Source of the DNA: Octopus vulgaris
Taxonomy: Eukaryota
Reading direction: 5' to 3'
DNA: 64,000 nucleotides
Assembly: GCA_951406725.2 (NCBI GenBank)
Contig: OX597826.1
Span: forward strand, 57,722,001 to 57,786,000
In this document: in pieces, positions 11,330 to 25,373 of the stretch
How the letters are laid out: each line of letters opens with the position of its first letter
Position numbering within the stretch: the stretch's first letter is position 1
Made by a program: the position numbers and the translations under genes
The notes under the pieces: generated by a model
Seen by the model: the letters and a program-made list of their open reading frames with translations, nothing else
Told to the model about the DNA's origin: nothing
Databases searched by the model: none

Positions 11330-12010
11330 CAGACTTATTACTCAATGTAAAAAAGCCATCATGTGTTTCATCCAACCTACACCACCTTTGCAGCTGCTGT
11401 AAGTGAGATAGGTTTACAAAAGGTATACCGTTTATATCCACATGAGTTGAGCACAAGTGGCTGGAAAATTAATTTGCTTTTTGTCCCTATGTAGTTTCCA
11501 GAAAATTTCCTTTCTGATATATTATTTCACCTCTTCTTTCTAATTTTACTATGTTATATCCAACAGCAGCTCTTTTCTGTCTTCAGTCATTGTAACACAA
11601 GAATATGACTCTGCAGATAAATCAGCCACAAGTTTGATCAAGCTGATCATAAATATATGGTATGGAAGTGATAATTATCCAGAGTACATTAGACACAAGG
11701 CCATAATGATTATATTTTTTCTTTGCATAAGAATTAAAACAGCAGTACCCAGAAATGAAACCTTACATACTTTCATATTTTACTTTGTGAGTTTGCCTGG
11801 CATATATTGCTGGAATGTATCTGGCCTTTATATCTTACCATTTATTCCTCAAATGGCAGGCTTGTTCCTGGTAGGTGATGGGACTTAAATATTCTTTGTA
11901 TGTGTCCAGGAAGGCTCTTACTTTAAATTAGGGTCTTTTACATACTGGTGCACTTGTACCTTATCCAGCCGTTAGTAATTTTGAGCAGTTTCTTAACGGA
12001 AACTCAACAC
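11330..12010 (-). pseudogene. Decayed piggyBac (PGBD-like) transposase
   Basis: Collinear degenerate motifs across frameshifts: DP*FKVRAFLD; EE*MVRYKG..FQQYMPGK (IDEQM..FKG..YMPxKP); LDNY/TSIP (DNFFTS); YSSCKGGVGWMKHM (YN..KGGVD..DQ). Confidence 0.75.
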
Positions 12011-12167
12011 CTTACTTACATTTTATCCAGTCATGCATGGTAATACTGTCGTTTTTTTTTTCTCCATTACTTATATATTCCGCCTAATGAGTTTTTTCTG
12101 TAGTTATTGTCAGGAGTAACTCAATGGGGAAAAACAAAAGAAAATGAGCAATTGGTTTCACATCATT

Positions 12168-12168
<1 letters not shown>

Positions 12169-12238
<70 letters not shown>
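12169..12238. repeat. Compound microsatellite (CA)n(CT)n
   Basis: Read directly from the sequence. Confidence 0.95.
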
Positions 12239-12240
<2 letters not shown>

Positions 12241-13959
12241 TATCCAATATTACATTCTGTATTTCTCATAGAGCCTAATTTAAAACTGAAAAGTACTCCC
12301 AATATTATGGAAAGGTTTATATAATTTTATTTAGAATATTTTTAATAATGTATTCCTCATAAAATTCATAAACTTCATTCCTATGCATGAAACATTATTT
12401 TTAATAACAAACCTTATTTAATTGTAACAACAGGGGGTACGGCAAATTATTGTTTTTATAATTATGTGTCATTTCTTCAGTATTGTTCCACACATTACTT
12501 TCTCATGACAGTTAGACCAGCTACATTATTTATGACCAGCAAATATAACTCATAAATGGCTTTCCTTATTCTATTCTAGCTTTCCAATAAAGAAAAATAA
12601 CAAATTAAAGATAAAATTAAAAAATATTCCAATCATTTTAAACAAGTTTAGTAAAAATTCCTTTTTTTATCACAGGCAAAACTATTTTTTACTTTTTAAT
12701 TCATTTTAATCACAGAACATGTTTAATAAAAAAGTTAATTATAATCATAAACTATTTGTAACAAAACTAATTATAATCATAAGACATGTGTAGCAAGATT
12801 AATTTTCATCTTATATGTTTAACAAAATGGCTTCAATTTTTCAGCATATATTTCAGACATCTTCCTTACATTTTTTTTTTCTTTTTCTCTAGTTTCAGAG
12901 AAGTTGATTACTAAGTATGCAGTGACATGAATATATGTTTGAAATTATAAACGCAGTTCCAGGTGTATACACATGCACCAAGTTTGTATGTGACATGCAT
13001 GTGTGTTGCATATGTACATATTTGAATCCATCAGTGTGGCTTATGCTTCATGTGTGTGTGTGTGTGTATACATATATGTGTGTGTGTATGTATTCATGAG
13101 TATATATTTGACATTGGAGTGTGTGAGTAGCTTAAGAGTATAGCATAGGTATATTTGTGATGCATGTGTATCTATAATATTGTGAGTGTGCATGTGAAAT
13201 GAAGACATGCACACACATGTGAATGTGTATAATATTTGTAAATGATTTAAAAGATCAAATGAAGACTTAAAGCAGGAAATTTAAAATTTCAGTCATGCAC
13301 CGAATGCACCCCATCTACACCTTTCAGTTCTCTACTTCCTTACAGAAAAAAAAAAGAAACAGATTTAAATAAAAACTAAAAAAAAAAAAAATAAATAAAA
13401 AGACGTTCCACTTCATAATTGTAAAGGTAGAAAAGGATTAATTGATTCAGTTAAAAATATTAAAAAAAAAAAAAAACTATTTAAGATTAAATGGACAGAA
13501 ACATTGTTGAATACAGGAACATATAATAGAAACTTAGAGAATTGTTTCATTCTTTGATGCTATACACATCTATACAATAAACAGTAGCAAAAACAGGAGA
13601 TGGTGTGTGTGGAATATTTCTAAAAACATCCTGTCTCACCTATTCCTTTTGACTGTGTCCCTCATGCATATATTATTGCATTTTATTATTAAAAGGTACA
13701 TCAAGACATTTGAAAGAAAATCTTATATAATGTTTTCATCGAATTATTCTCCAATGAAACTGAATCTTTGTTATTATTATTATAACTAGTATTGTTGTTG
13801 CTGTTGTTGTTTTTAAATCTAAATAAACCTAATTCATTAAATCAAATTTGTCAGTAATAGATTCAGTTAAGAATTTATTAAATTAGATGTGGTTGTTAAA
13901 GAGTGTGTGTATGAATGAAAAATAAATAGTATTTGTATGTGTGTTTTTTGCATGTAATA

Positions 13960-14356
13960 GAATAAGAAAAACAACCTGGAAGAGAAAATAGAAAAAGGAA
14001 AAGATGGAAAAGGACAGAGAGAGAGAGAGAAATGGTAAAGAAAAATAGAGAGAAAGCACAGAGAGAGAAGGAATGTCGGGAGAAAAGAGAATGCAAAAGA
14101 GGAACAAGAACACAAAAGGAGGAAACAAGAAAAGAAGAGATGGAAGTAGTAAAAACAGAGATGTAAAAGAAGGACAGAAGGAAAAAATTGATAAAAAGTG
14201 ATGGAAGGAAGAAAGAGAGAGGAAAATAAGATGGCAGAGAGAAAAAGAATAAATCAGCGAGATAAATTAATAAAGATAGAAAAAGGAGAAAAACAGAGAG
14301 AGAGGTGGTAGGGAAGGAGAAATAATTGTGGGACAAAAGGCAAGACAGACAGAGAG
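13960..14356. repeat. Purine-rich low-complexity tract
   Basis: GA/AAAG-rich; explains the F/L/S-rich minus-strand ORFs. Confidence 0.8.
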
Positions 14357-15357
14357 TTTATTACTGAAAACTGAGTTTACCTTATTCATTTTAACATAAG
14401 TAATACAGAAACCTTTTGAAAAGATTCACTGAAAGAAGTCACTGACATTATAATCTTGCTGCAGGGGTCTAATAACCAGCATTAAATTCATAGATCGTTA
14501 CCAGAATCTTAAAACTTTGTTTCCATGCAGGAAAGGGAGAAAAATAACGAAACAAATAAATACATAAATAAGAATGGGAAGTGAAAGAGGCCACAGGGAT
14601 TAAGGTAAGTTCAAATCAGATGCCATCTGCTCCTTGTACTACAGTGACAACTTAGCAGTGAAGGCCTCAAATACCAACCTCTCGGTCTCCATTGCTTCCA
14701 GCGAGACAGTCAACATCTGTCAAAGCGCCAAAGGATTATTGAATGTCACCAAGGAACTGTGTTGAACCCACTTCGTGGCCGCAAGTCATTTAATTAACAA
14801 GCACAGGGGTCAGTGGATTATGCATGTTTCGAATAGTTATCAGTGAATTAGGAATTGTAATAGTATTTTGTCCTTGTTATTTTTGTGTAAAACATTTTTT
14901 TTTTCATTTCATTAGTCATCGACCAAACTTTCTCTATATGCTGTGACAGCAAGGGAATAATGTTTGTTTCCCTACTCAGCCCAGATATTCAATGAGGAAT
15001 TTCAAAGAGGCAAAAGAAAGCTCAGCATATATGAATATATATGAATATATGAATATATATGAATATATATATATATATATATGTATAGGGAAATAAATAT
15101 GTGTGTGTGTGTGTGTGTGTGTGAATTAAAAAGGAATTTGCCAGGCAAACTATAAGCTAACAAGAGCTTGCTTATTACTGCCTAACTACATTTATGTGAA
15201 ATCTATGAAGAAAGGTAATTAATTAAAAATTGTAAATCCCAGTAAATATTTCTTATAAAATATAATTAGAAAAAAAATTTCAAATTTGAAAGAAAATTGG
15301 ATTTCAAATTGGCAATCCCAATATACATGAGGTTGTGTCTAGACTTAGCTCCTAAGC

Positions 15358-15360
<3 letters not shown>

Positions 15361-15428
<68 letters not shown>

Positions 15429-15465
15429 GAGAGAGAGGGAGGGAGGGATAGACAGACAGACAGAC
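15361..15465. repeat. (GA)n/(GACA)n microsatellite
   Basis: Read directly from the sequence. Confidence 0.95.
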
Positions 15466-15833
15466 TGAGTATATGTATGTGTTTTGCATCCCAGCCCAAG
15501 GAATAAGTTTCATACAAGATATCTACTTCAGAATATGATCGATGTGAAATGATTTACATAAACTGAAGTATCAACCAAAGGTTTTCATTTCCTTCTTGAA
15601 TTATCACTGTCAAAACTGAAAATAATATAATTATTTTTGCTGAAAAAGTTTAAGAATAAAAAAAATTTCTTTGATCAAGGTTAAAGGGTTTTTAATTAGA
15701 CACATACACAAACATATATTTCATATTATCAAGGTATCAACCAGACTATCAGATGTTGCTATACATTACTGGTCAAAATGCTCTTCACATTGCTTTCAAA
15801 TGATGCCATCCTGCTGGCTAGGTGAGTAGGCTG

Positions 15834-15956
15834 TCATCATTTAACAACCGTTTTCCATGCTGGCACAGGTTGGACAGTTTTATAGGTGCTGGAAAGCTGT
15901 CTAAGCTACAATTGTTAGTTTTGGCATGGTTTCTAAGGTTGGATGCCCTTCCTAAT
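15834..15956 (-). mobile_element. SINE C 3' fragment
   Basis: TCATCATTTAAC..CCGTTTTCCATGCTGGCAC...GGATGCCCTTCCTAA. Confidence 0.7.
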
Positions 15957-18474
15957 ATAAACATCACTGAGTTGGAAGATAACTGCTCTAATGAAGACGA
16001 TATATTCAGATATTTTGTTTATCTTATAATCAGTTCAATCTTCATATAATTATAATGACAATAAGCAACGTATCTGAAGTATACTAATAGTCTATCACTT
16101 ACAATAAACGTTATTTACAGAAATATTTCCATCATAACATGGTACATTACACCATAACATGGTACTATCTATTGGCTGAAAGGGGTATACCTTATTTCTA
16201 CAATCCAACAGTGAATCATACATGTTCTCAGTGGTACAAATTCTGGTTATATACTCTCTGAATGAAATCTTAACTACCATCTTATTTTCTGCCAAACTCA
16301 AACATTCATAATCTCAGTTAGGAAACAAACCCACACCAATGTGTTTCTGATAACTTTTAGTCATTCTGAATATAGTGACTCTTACTATAAGCATGGCCAC
16401 TTTCAATATGTAAACAAACAAATAAGGAATAGAGATGAAGCAATTTTATTTAAACAGCTTTTAATTATGAGCTAATTTAAAAGAAAGCAATTTTCAATCT
16501 ACATTCCCTTCTGACAGCACAAATTCCTGAATAATACAGTCCTTGATATATCACCAGTTTCATACAAGACAGCTATTATGCAAGGGAGAATTAATAACAA
16601 GAAATTCATCAACGAATCATCTGTTAACATTCATCTGTCCATTTTTCTCTTTCTCTACATCTCCTTTAACAAATAAACAAAATAAAAAGCTACCATTGAT
16701 TTTGTTTAAATATGTTGTTGGTATTTTAACAGTTCAACCAACATTAAGAATTAATGAAAGCTTCCAGAATGAAATCATTGACCAGTCATATGACAGCTGG
16801 TATTCAGTCCAATGATCTTTGAAGACTATCCAGTGGTCAAGCAATAAAGATGAAAAGGGCACAAAAGGTGAAAGCTATTGTCTTTCCTCTCAAGAGAAAA
16901 AGAATTGGAATAATGATTTTGACAACCACCTCTTCTGACCCTTTTGCCAACGACAAATGGAACACCAGTTACCAAAACAAATAGAAATCCACTCTTTATG
17001 TGATTAGTAGATTGTATGTGCTTGACAGAAAATCAGAGAAAACCAGATTAAATTGGGTCAAAAGGTCACAGAGATTCACTTCTTCCTTAAAGTAGCTGTG
17101 CATGGATATGATCAAAAGATGAGCTACACATGATAGAATTTAACAATAATAATCAACAGAAGATTACAAAGACTTCCTCTTCCTCTTGTAGTATTAATGA
17201 CATCAAAGACCAACTAGAATTATCAGTAAATCAATATGGACTTTTGTATCACTATTGGTACCAAAACAATAGAACAAAAGAAAATAATGAACAACAGTTT
17301 AAGAGCATTGGTCAAAGATAGCGTCTTTGATCAAAAACAAAAATGCCACACGATATTATATCATTTCCTACGGCAAATGATTTGATAAATACTCATTTTC
17401 TGCCAGCTAGTGTATTTAGCATATTTGATACAAAAGATATCATTTGCATGAAAATTCTGATGCAAATGATACAAAATATTTTAGCCAAATTTAGTTTTAA
17501 AAAACTATAATTTATTTAAATTATTCAGAACTGCCATACAGTTATGTACAATATATGGAATAGAGCACAAAAGTACTTTTTACAATTGTTTTCAAAGAAC
17601 ACAACAAATTAGTCAAATTTTTTTTTGAATTTTAGATGGGAATATATATTTCATATGCTACTCACCCTCCTTTCTTAGAAAAATGAAAAGTTTGATACTT
17701 GAACAGAGAGATGTGGAAAAAAAGAAAAGTTAATAATTAAAGTGAAATTGAATACTAAAACAATATTATAATTTAAAAAGAAAACATTGTTGGATTTCAG
17801 ATGAAAATGTAAAATATGATAATCTAAATTACTTTAAAGTTTTTCTTTGGGTGAATTGCTTGCTGAGCTGTGTACATAGAGAGATGATGTTGACTATGTT
17901 AAGGACAAAATGGTAGCAACAAAGGCGGAGGTTGCCGTAATGCTGTTGGATGAAGTTGGTAGGTCTCTACGTGGCTGCTGTGGTGGTATTATCTGACATT
18001 GTCACTGAAACTGGTTGTGTCTTTGTGGTCAGTGGTTAGCCCTTAAAAGATCTGGAACCAAAGACTTCAGAAAGAGGAAAAGCTGGGTTTTTATAAGGAA
18101 CTGTAGGCTGAAAACAGGGTGGTAAACAGGCTGTCCCATGTGGTCCTATTTAGGGCCTCTAACTGGTTATACATGGCAGTTGGCGCAATCGAATAAGAGA
18201 CAAATTGCACCAATACCAACCAATCAGAGTAGTGGATATAACAGGATCCAAATAGCAGCCAGAGGCTAGATGTTCCCTGCTGCATTCGAAAGCACGTATT
18301 TATAATAAATAGGAGAGAAGAATTTCACCCAAATCTATGCAACACATCTGTAAAGTAGTGGAAGTAATCAGTCTACTTTAACAATCAAAACTGTTACTCT
18401 AACCAAGAAGCATATTATAGTAATTTGTCAACAGAAGATAGAAGAATTCATGAAAATTACATTGCCCTGGAAAA

Positions 18475-18788
18475 TATTGACTCCAAATTTTGACACAAGG
18501 CTAACAATTTTAGGGCAGGGGCTAGTCAATTACAGAGACCCCAATGTTCAACTGGTGCTTATTTTACCGACTCCAAAAGGATGAAAGTTGACTATGTCAG
18601 AATTTGAACTCAGAACATAAAAACAGACTAAATACCAATAAGCATTTTTGCCCAGCGTGCAAAGGTGCCGTCAAGCAAATCAACATCACTACTAACTTTT
18701 TGAAGCCTGGTACTTATTCTTTCTGTCTCTTTTCCTACGTTACTCAGTTATGGGGACATAAACAGACCAACACAAGTTGTCAAAGACA

Positions 18789-18831
<43 letters not shown>

Positions 18832-18985
18832 TGGGATTCCACACAATTTTTATTTACCAAAGTAACTCACAAGATATTGGTTGGACTAGGACTATAATAG
18901 AAGACACCTGCCCAAGGTGCAATGCAGTGGGACTGAACCTCAAACCATATGGTTGTAAAATAAGCTTCTTAACCACACAGCCACT
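18475..18985 (-). mobile_element. Adjacent old SINE B (18475-18665) and old SINE A (18700-18985)
   Basis: AATTTGAACTCAGAAC and AAAGGATGAAAG (SINE B); AGAAGACACCTGCCCAAGGTGC..GTGGGACTGAACC..ACCACACAGCCAC (SINE A). Confidence 0.7.
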
Positions 18986-20486
18986 TAAAATGAAAATGAA
19001 TTTGAAAAAAATATCAAAATTTTTTTATGATAAAAAACATTTTATTGACACTAGGTGGCAGAGTGGATGAAGGAGAATAAGTTCAATCCCAATTTGAAAA
19101 TGACATATTATGTATGTCTGACTGAGCAGGAAAAACAAATGCTGACAGTTAACTGAAATTAATGACACAGGTTAATTCAAGATATTTTAAAACTAAAGAA
19201 TTAATCAGAAATGAAGGAAAGTGAATCAAAACAAAACAAATGATCAGGATGAAGATATTCATTCTAAATTATAATTAATAATTCGGAAATAAATTGATGC
19301 AAATCACACATTGCAATTTTTAATATTTCTGAATGAACGAAAATTAATGGACTCAAGAATATTGAGGGTCACTAAAGCTAGAAAATAATTTCTCCAGAAC
19401 TATCCATCCAACACTCACCTTTATATTCTAGATAAAAAGTGTATATAAGAAACTGAAAGTCAATAAACTGCTAATAACAAGGCACTTGATTGCAATACCT
19501 AAATGTTGGTATTATATAAAAAAATAAGATTAGATAGAATATGCAAATTTAGAAATTGGTCCAGTTTCACTGATATTAAGCAATTTATAAAACATTAAGA
19601 ACACAGTCACAGAAAATGAAGATAAAGATTCCTTATATTTCCTGTGAATCTAAGCTTAAATTGTTAATCACCAAATAAGACCTCTTTAACTATCTCAAAA
19701 TGGCAATCAAGTTCACAACATAGATTGATCTCTCCCTCACTTTCAAACAAAATGCAAGTTTACTATTTAAACTAATCACCAAATCAGGAAACTACCAACT
19801 CTTAGAAATGACTTCACTGCCAGTTTTATGCCAGCTTACAAGAAGCAGTTGACTAATGACTTTATCATTTTCTGTCCATAGATGTTTTGTTATTTAGAGA
19901 ATAGTAGTAGATTGTTATTTGTCATGAGGAGTACAGAAGTAATCCTCTTTAAGTCACAATGTCTTCTTAACAGATCTCCTAATGGTGCCATTTACGATAC
20001 TGCAGTTTATTCTAAATATATGTTTTGAGTTTTGTTGCTATTTATCAGAGAAATATGGTGGCTAAAACCAAACAACATTTTTGAAAAAAAAAAAGAGAAT
20101 GTTACTGAGACTATTCAAAATATGAATGATATGCAACTATTTCCATAAGCAAATAAAAACACAAAGGGGAAATATACTGTTTCATATATGATTAAAAGAC
20201 TGAATAAATACCACATATGTACATACACAAACACCCGAATATATGCGTGAGTATCTTTATTCATATATTTACATATATGCACATATATACTTACACATAA
20301 TATTTACATACATGCACATACGTGTATGAGAGAAAGAGGAAAATACTTCTTACACAACCAGCAGCGAATTCAATAAAAATACTAGTAAAGAAAATTATAA
20401 TTAAAATTGTAATGTGGGTAAACTTTGAAATTTGTTTAAAATTTTCTTCACGGCTACTACCAACCATTATTTCAGATTCTTAGCAC

Positions 20487-20492
20487 TACACA

Positions 20493-20571
<79 letters not shown>
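20487..20571. repeat. (CA)n microsatellite
   Basis: Read directly from the sequence. Confidence 0.95.
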
Positions 20572-20574
<3 letters not shown>

Positions 20575-22644
20575 ACGAAAAAAAATACAAATGAGATTGT
20601 TTTAAAATTAATATTCTTTAAACAGTTTTTGAAAAATAATTTCCACAGAAAATTCTTTTTGCAATCTAGTTATTAAAATGTGCATGTGAAACTGGAGCAG
20701 GTTTTGAACTTTTTAACCAATCAATTGAATTGTGAAAATGGAAAACTGCCCTTTAAAGTATAATATTTCAATATGATTTCTGTGGAATTTTAAAAACCAA
20801 AATCTTTACCAAGTTGATGTATGAATACAGAATGGATATATGGCATTCAAAGTAATATAAATTAATAATATTATCTATCAAAATTTTCATTTGAAAAGAC
20901 GACAAGGGGGAGAAAAAAAAATTGTCTTTTTAAATTGGAATTTTTCAATATAATAGAATTAGGATTTTATTTTGTTGCAGTTTTTGTACAGCCATTATAT
21001 TTACTATGGTAATAAACTAAACATTTGGCAATTTCAGACATATCTAGCTTACAATTCACTCACTCAATGTAACTTTTATTTTCATGAAAATATTAAAATA
21101 ATTCTGAGATTGGCATGAAAGTAGCATAAAATATATTTAACAACAATAATAATAAAACTAACAATGACAAAAAGAACATTATAATTAAAATAACAGATAG
21201 TAACATAACAGCAACAACAACAGCAGCAGTAATAAAAATAATAACAGTAATCTAAAATAACAAATAGGTTCTGTGAATTTTCTAATAATATTTCGAAAAT
21301 GGAGAACAGAAAATAAAAATCTTCTTTTATATTCAGAGTTACTGTTTTACTTATGTATTTAATTTATGAGTTATTCTTTCAAATAAACAACCATATAACA
21401 TAAAGGCTTTTCAGAACATACATCTCAGAAATATAAAATCTAGATTTTTTTTTTTTATAAACGTAGAAATCCTTTATTATAAGAAGATGTTAACTATGCA
21501 TTAAAGCTAGTGATATTTTCCCTTAACTTCAGCAGCGAAGTAATGCACATGGAAAAATTACATTTATAAATATTCTAATGACACAGCAATAAACAGAATA
21601 CTACACAACTAATGTTTGCACTTCTGAAAACAGTAAACAACAGATAAAGAAGGAAATTACAAATAGCACACAAATGACAGGGGTATCAGCTTGAAGTCGA
21701 AGGTTTTATATTCCATCATTGGTTTGAGAGCAAGAGAATTAACTTTCTAAGATCATTTATCTGGAAATTAAGACATCAATGGCTAACAGACTTGGTGATA
21801 GGACATCAATAAATGAAGAAAATAAAGTAGCCAAGAGGATAAATTATTGCACAGTAAATATATGCATTTTTTTTCTGACTAAAAATCTGTTGAAAACACT
21901 ATGTTGTGTTTTGGGAAAGAATTTTATTTTACATTGTTTGCATGCACCAAGCTCTTTGAGGAAACAAATTACCATGAAGCATTACCTATGTGGCTGTGGT
22001 TAAGACGTTCACTCAGCAGCCATCTGGTTTCATACTCAACTCTACTGCATGGTTTCTTAGGAAAACATCTACCATAGCCAAACAAATGTTTATGAATATG
22101 TGGTGTCCACTAAATATCATTTCATCACAATATATGGTAGAATTAGAACTTGAAATTGAAATTAAGTTGCAGAAAACACACATTTGTTTATTTTATTTTG
22201 TTTATTTATTTATTTTTAGCTGCTTATTACGAAATTCTCAAAATTTCTAATCAACAATAATGACATAGAGCACTATTTCATTCTTGTTTAGAAATCATCA
22301 GCATGCTATACCCCAAGAAATACTTATTAAACATTTTATGAAGCAAAACATTTCTTACAGATGGAAAATAATTACATCCTGGAAGAAATTCGTGGAATAT
22401 ATGTTCACCAGTTTCTTTCTTTTCTTTTTTGTTTCAGAGAACATTAGTAGTTTAGCAATGAAGAGAGTTCTGTCTGCTCTCAGTAACCCATAGAGGTGAT
22501 ATCTCCTTGGACTTTTCTACATAACTCTTAATCTGGCAACTATGCTCTTGTAACACCCACCTCCTCCAGGGGCATAAGCACTACCTAGGATCTCGTTTTT
22601 ATTCAGATTTTGGCAACAACAAATATGAAATCAAGTAATTTAAT

Positions 22645-22910
22645 ATTTTATTTTTTTATTTTATTATTTTATCTAGTTTCAGCTCACGAGCTGTGGCCAT
22701 GCTGGGGCACCGCCATTTGGTGTTGCTACATGATTTTACTTCACGAATGCATTTTAGCAATTGCCATTTGGTGCATGAGAGAGTTCGATGCAGCTGCCCT
22801 CATCTGCACCTTCCTGCCGTGAAGTTGGTTCATCTGGGACACCTGACAGGAAGAGATCCAGTTTTATTTTAAAGACATCCGCATCCACCCCATGCAGGTC
22901 TCTCAGGTTA
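22645..22910 (-). mobile_element. CR1/L2-group LINE 3' end (ORF2 C-terminus + 3' UTR); putative partner of SINE A
   Basis: Minus-strand translation LRDLHGVDADVFKIKLDLFLSGVPDEPTSRQE/VQMRAAASNSLMHQ...* is followed by GGCGGTGCCCCAGCATGGCCACAGCTCGTGAGCTGAAAC and an (ATAAA)-like tail. Confidence 0.75.
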
Positions 22911-23365
22911 GTATTTTATGCATAAATAGCAGAGATACTAAAGAAGAATATGATTTGCGTTTATTACACCACAGGCCTTGTTTGAAATTCTGTGGAACTA
23001 ATATTAATCCATTTTACCTATTACATATGTCTTAAAATTGGCCTATTTGTGAAAATAGATTAAAATGATTGCCTACAAGGATGGAGATTAGTTCTCAGCA
23101 TCCAAAATTGGTTGGAAAGCTTGCATAGGCTATTCAACTAATTCTGTAAGAGCATTAAAAATTGTGAAGTTCTTCTTTAACTCAAAAATTCACATTTAAC
23201 AGTAAACTGACATTGTTTACAGAGCCATTGACTTTAATTAAATTTGCAACATTCAATCACATTACTAATTTATTTGGAAGAAAAATTGACATTGCAAATG
23301 TTTTTGAATGCTTTAAGATTGAGTCAAGTCTTGAATAGTAAACGTCTACAAAATCATTGACATAC

Positions 23366-23757
23366 GCGCAGGAGTGGCTGTGTGGTAAGTAGCTTGTTTA
23401 CCAACCACATGGTTCCGGGTTCAGTCCCACTGCATGGCACCTTGGGCAAGTGTCTTCTACTATAGCCTTGGGCCGACCAAAGCCTTGTGAGTGGATTTGG
23501 TAGACAGAAACTGAAAGAAGCCTGTTGTATATATGTATGTATGTGCATGTATGTTTGTGTGTCTGTGTTTGTCCCCTTAGCAGTGCTTGACAACCGATGC
23601 TGGTGTGTTTATGTCCCCATCACTTAGCGGTTCGGCAAAAGAGACCGATAGAATAAGTACTGGGCTTACAAAGAATAAGTCCTGGGGTCGAGTTGCTCGA
23701 TTAAAGGCGGTGCTCCAGCATGGCCGCAGTCAAAATGACTGAAACAAGTAAAAAGAG
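23366..23757 (+). mobile_element. SINE A, full length
   Basis: Matches the family consensus. Confidence 0.9.
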
Positions 23758-23970
23758 AAAAAAAAAATACAACGGAGCTGTGGGCCATCAATTGATATTA
23801 GTTAACATCTGAGGTGCATGCACATGCATGCCGATATGTGTCTAGGTACCTGCTCTGCTAAATGTATTACAAGAGATATTGGTTCAATTCTCTTCTTTTT
23901 AATGTTTTTGGCCCTCAAACTCTAACATGTGTGTGTGCACACGCATGTATACACACACACACACAAGATA

Positions 23971-24193
23971 ATTTCTTTACTACCCACAAGAGGCTAAACA
24001 CAGAGAGGACAAACAAGGACAGACAAACGGATTACATCGACCCCAGTGCGTAACTGGTACTTAATATATCGACCCCGAAAGGATGAAAGGCAAAGTCAAC
24101 CTTGGCGGAATTTGAACTCAGAACGTAACGGCAGACGAAATATGGCTACGCATTTCGCCCGGCATGCTAACGTTTCTGCCAGCTTGCCGCCTT
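23971..24193 (-). mobile_element. SINE B, full length, inserted in a (CA)n tract
   Basis: Minus strand GGCGGCAAGCTGGCAGAAACGTTAGC...GTGGGTAGTAAAGAAAT. Confidence 0.85.
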
Positions 24194-25332
24194 ACACACA
24201 CACAATATTTGTAGTATTCAGCATTAAAATTATTGTTGAATATCAAGTGAAAAGTTAGGCATAAATATGGAACTAAGTGCAAGTGTGTGTATGGGTAGCT
24301 TTATTGTGTCAATCACACATCGTTTTTATTTTACTAATGCCTTCCAACTAGTAGAATAGTTTACCTTTTTCTGTTTCTTTTATTCATTTAAAGTAAAAAT
24401 AACACTTTATTGTTCAATGCAAAACATAAGTAGAAAGTTCAAATCAAATTAAAATTTAGTATACTTAGTATACATTTCCCATCATCTGTATTAACCTTTA
24501 ATGTAAAAATAAAATGAAGGTTCAAATCTAATTAAAGTTAACTATTCTATATTAATTTTTTCCCCATTATCTGTTGATGCACACTTTGATATCTTTACAT
24601 CTCATCAATACAGCTCATGGACAATTATATGTGTAATATTGGTGAATTTTCAATTAAATTAAATTTTCCAAAATCATGTATTAAACAGATGTATAGAAGA
24701 ATTGAAATTATATAGAGAAACAAATATGTCTACTAAGGAAAGTCTACAGTAAATTGGTGAAGTTTTGTTTGGTAAAGACAGAACCTCAACATCTATAGTG
24801 TCATAGAATTATTTTACTATGTAACCTGTTCCCATCTCGAAGTGAAAATCTGTTTATAGTCAGAAATTCACTTCTTGGTGAAAAACATTTATATATTTCA
24901 TGACAGGTTGACTCAGTTCTACATTACATTATTACATTTCTTTGAAATTCTTTCTACTCTGATTCCGTATATCTAATGATGTGGACATTTTCTAAGCCAA
25001 TGAAACTAAGCAATGTGGAGTAAATTAACCTGTTATTAAATAAATACATCTCCAACTAAATGTGTTAAGTGTAACTCTTCCATTTGTTCACACATACACA
25101 CAAAATTGTCTGGTTAGCTGCATTTGGGTGTGCATTGAATACAAATGAATAAATACTTAAACATATATCAATTTCTTCTGCAGAATTAACATAACCTCAA
25201 GGGCTGACAATTGATTAAGATCTTTCTGGACGCTTTCTACTCTATTAAACAAGAATCTGACAAATATGAAAATTCTTCACACCAAAATTTAGCACCTTAT
25301 CTGTAAAACATGCACACACATACATGCATATG

Positions 25333-25373
<41 letters not shown>

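Noticed and set aside
13867-14336. Hydrophobic F/L/S-rich ORFs resembling membrane proteins (also 50072-50344 and 59801-60372)
   Set aside because: They are the antisense of A/G-rich low-complexity tracts.
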